A stretch of 64,000 nt of DNA from Basidiobolus meristosporus CBS 931.73 (taxonomy: Eukaryota; Fungi; Basidiobolomycota): NCBI GenBank assembly GCA_002104905.1, contig MCFE01000034.1, positions 62,001 through 126,000 of the forward strand. The letters run 5' to 3'. Of this stretch, positions 60,519 to 64,000 are shown piece after piece. The position numbers and the translations under genes were made by a program. The notes below the pieces were generated by a model. That model worked only from the letters and a program-made list of their open reading frames with translations. It was not told the origin of the DNA and did no database searches. Numbering within the stretch: position 1 is the first letter of the stretch; every line of letters starts with the position of its first letter.

Positions 60519-62842
60519 CTACCTCTCGGATGTTGCTGGGTGTACGATGATATTGGTAAGTCCCGGATGGTGCTCTTGTTGTGCTGAGGGCGACGACGGG
60601 GGATTCTCCTCGGTGAGCAGGTCCTCTTCATCGCTCAAGAATTCATCCCTCTCTTCGTGCTCGATGATAATGATGGACTTCTTGCGGCAGTTTCCTTGAG
60701 TAGCCACTGACGTAAGGCCCAGCTCCTCCTCTTCGTACTCCCCCACCGCCACCACCCTTCCTACGAAGGAACGAGACGAGCGGATGGATCTGAGGGACTT
60801 TGGTCTCCCTGCAGTGTGTTTTGACTCGCCCAAGTGCACCTTCGGAATCTCTTTACCCTTCTGTGTGGTGAGACTTGCAAGGGTATTGGTAGAGGGGTAT
60901 TGGCCTCTTTGGACAACAATTTCAGTGCCTTGTCTGATAGTTGGCAATCTCCCGACGATGTTGGCGATGGTAGACGAGTTGGTGAGGGTGCGTTTGCCAA
61001 TGGTGGTAAGATGGAACAATGGAACCGTCACACCATGAACAACTACCGAGGACAGGACAAGGAAGCTCACCACCGGGAAGATCACCTTCTTGACATATCC
61101 ATTGGGATCGTATTTCTCCATCTCCTCGATCCCTATCATGCAGTAAAACAGTGCGCCAACTCCAATTGGGCCAAACCAGCCGGCAAAGATCGCCTCCCTG
61201 TAGTTCTTGATGGCTGGGATCCAACGAGACAGCAGCACTACCACAGGCAGTCTTCTTAGCACAAGAACGATCAATGCGATAAGCGCAAGGCGCCACACGC
61301 TAAGGCCCAACGCGGGTACCTCGAATGAGGCCCAAGGGATGATAGTTCCAAAATAAACGAAGAACGATATGTTGAACATCATATCAATCACCTCCTGGAA
61401 ATGGGCTTCCTTTGTTGCTTTGCGGAACCAATCACTAAATATCACAAACCGGCTGTTAGTCTACTGCCATGGGATGGACTGAATCCAATGGTGCTACACA
61501 TACTCCCAAGTGAACGAGTTGCCCGCCACAAACACGCACAGCAGATCGTCGCTATTGATCATCTTCACACACCCCATAAGACAGAGCTACGTGAGAAAGC
61601 CAGTATTAGCGATTGGATCTAGATGTACATTCATATGAATATGCGGGATAATTTATATCCATGTGCGTACCGTTAAAGCAATAGAGAATACTAAGAACGA
61701 TTCCTTATCCACAAGCTCGCGTGTCTCTGAGAAATATAGAAGCTTTCGGGCAATATAACCAACAATGGCACCAATGGCGATTGAGAGTAGGATTTGATAC
61801 GCCCAAATCATATAGAACCATTTCCCTATTGCCTCTCCGGTCGTTGGCTCAACCAACATATAGATTGCGAAGAATAAGTACGGGAATCCGAGACCTTTGA
61901 AAATGAAAGACAATTTAATAAGGCGCGAATTGTTTGCGATAACAATCGCTCTGTACCATCGTTTGCTCCACTATCAAATAGATATTCTGGTTAGAATCTC
62001 CTCCGCCAATGATCAATGAATTCCACTTCACATACCTTTCCGCCGAAATGATGTCTCTGGTGTGTACGGGAACATGTGATTCGGCGAACCTTCCTTTGAC
62101 GATCGAGTTGGCCAATACCTACAAAGCATGGGTAATAAATTTAGTGGATTGCTATACAAACCAGCCTCTCCTATCAAAACTACTTACCGGATCAGTTGGG
62201 GTCACACAAGCACCGATGAGCAATGCCTCGAGCTAGGTTCACACAAAACGTTAACAATGCATCGCGGCAGGATCCAAATATCCCATACTTACGAAGCTGA
62301 GTGGTAATAGCAAGTACAGTGCTCCAGCGCTAACCAGCCACATTACAAACATGACGGGTAACAAAAGAACAGTAAGAGATTTCCACTCTCTGAACAGGTA
62401 TGCCCTAAAAGAAAAATGGTAGCTTGGTTATTCCCGTTCGATCTCTGCAAAAGATATACGTTACTACTCACTTGGGCAAATTTACACCTGCCGCCATAAC
62501 CTTTGATAGGTGAAAGATGTCAGTGGGCACCCAATATTTGCATAGGAATGTTCCAAGACTTACCTGGATGGCGATAACAACCCGGGCAAACTCCATGGTT
62601 AGCTTTGAGCTGTCTCCCCAGAGTCCTGGGTCGACCAAGTTGAGTGCCTCCGGCCCGATAGCGATACCAAACAGGGTAGCAACCACTGCACAATATTAGA
62701 CTGGTGAAGCCGCTGTATATGAACACAAGGACTTACAAGCTTCGGAGAGAAAGAGCCACTCCTTAATCACAAGGGACATTAGGCCGAAAACCACGATAAA
62801 TCCGCCAAGGACGGCTGGCACAACGGTTACAGGATCTAGCAT
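60519..62842 (-). CDS. NHA1: Plasma-membrane Na+(K+)/H+ antiporter, Nha1/Sod2 (CPA1) family, paralog b, ~577 aa
   Basis: 10 exons in transcript order: 62842-62737, 62685-62564, 62500-62472, 62404-62293, 62232-62188, 62118-62036, 61970-61957, 61894-61671, 61586-61504, 61434-60519. 1734 nt in frame. Same motifs and intron positions as paralog a. Confidence 0.92.
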
Positions 62843-64000
62843 TCAAAATAGTGTGTGCAAGGAAGGGTGAAGAATTTTCGTCACGAAACGAGGAAAATAT
62901 GAAGTCAATGAAGCTAGGCAAAGTGGGAAAATCATATGGATGCTGGGTATTTATAGGAGTGGCTACAATGGAGATGCAATCGACGGAAACATGTCTATAT
63001 ACTGATCCGATGGAATAAGGAAATCCACAGGCTCAGTATATCCGCACTGGCTGTATTAATTCGGTGATAGGCAAGTAGAGGCGGTACAAATCTCAAGATC
63101 GTGGTTTGCATGATGTTCCCATGGTCACTCTTCGGCAAACAGCAAATTACTCAAAAGATTATGTAATAACAATACTCACTGTTTCAGCAATAATGACAAC
63201 AGCGAAGTAATATTGATGTTCCTCGACATTTGCGTCACTGAGGTTTCACTTGCCCATGCTCATGCTTTCCCAGAATGAACCAAGGCCGATGGCCCAGTTG
63301 CCCCAGTCACCGCTCGCAACCATGCTAGAATGGACTAGTCAGAAATCAAGGAATAAAAGATTGCATCATGGCCGAATCCGATTGATCGGGTCAATTACCA
63401 ACGACGATCCATTCTATAATCGATCGATGCTGTAATGCGGAGATCTCAGTAGGTACCGAGTGACAATAGAAATAGCTTCTCCCATTTAAACATTGTTAGA
63501 CTCGGATTCAGCTTATTTCGCTCGGGTTTGCGGTCACTTTTAATGCCCGCCAATTGCTTTTATTAGGGAATTCAACAAAGGTTGATTAGATACATGAGAT
63601 ATGTATAATTGAAATTCCATTCAAGAATGGAGTTTCCGAAATCCATTGGTTGGTTGAAGGCGGTCACACGATTTAAGAATCAATCTCGCTAGACTCTTTT
63701 AGTCAAAGATCCTAGAATGGCTCAAACCTCCGACCTCCCAATTTGGTCTCTTAAGTTCGAAGAAATCCTGTTCGTTGTTGGGTCAGGAAAACCCGCTTTA
63801 GGGAAATCTTTTGCTGCGACCCTTTTTTGGCGGTTCTCGGCAACCAGATTTTCTCAAGATTTGTTTGGACCGGATGGTACCATGGTGGTTGGAATTGCGT
63901 GAATGCTAAGTTTGTTAAATTTAGCTAATCTTAATCTCCATCATTTTGGACCTCATCAGATAGCGCTAAATTTACCTACCCATCGACCCCGGGGCAGGAT

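Noticed and set aside
63717-63902. Short ORF with a P-loop-like GSGKPALGKS
   Set aside because: The spacing does not fit GxxxxGK[ST], the ORF is only 61 aa, and no splice sites extend it.

Overview
Eukaryotic, most likely fungal, genomic DNA in two sharply different compartments. The lineage is inferred from short introns with CTAAC-type branch points, Nha1-type antiporters and fungal-type transposons. Positions 1 to about 53,130 are a CpG-depleted nest of decayed transposons. It holds two Copia families (A and B, both with a half-tRNA-iMet-type primer site), two Gypsy families (E, and F with one structurally complete copy), and LTRs of two orphan families (C and D). It also holds a fragmented CACTA/CMC DNA transposon, which can be rebuilt as TIR - unknown ORF2 (reverse) - transposase (forward) - TIR with CCCTATG ends, and a family of ~731-bp non-coding foldback palindromes with AG...CT ends and 3-bp AWT target duplications. 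Positions ~54,350-62,850 are CpG-rich and hold three intron-rich genes: a TBL1/SIF2-like LisH-WD40 gene between two oppositely oriented Nha1/Sod2-like Na+/H+ antiporter paralogs with identical exon structures. The most notable signals are the foldback family (arms homogenised within each copy, self-nested, and placed twice at the same site just behind the TATA/AATAAA of a Copia LTR), the two-gene CMC element, and direct evidence of CpG deamination. All alignments, counts and exon models were done by eye.
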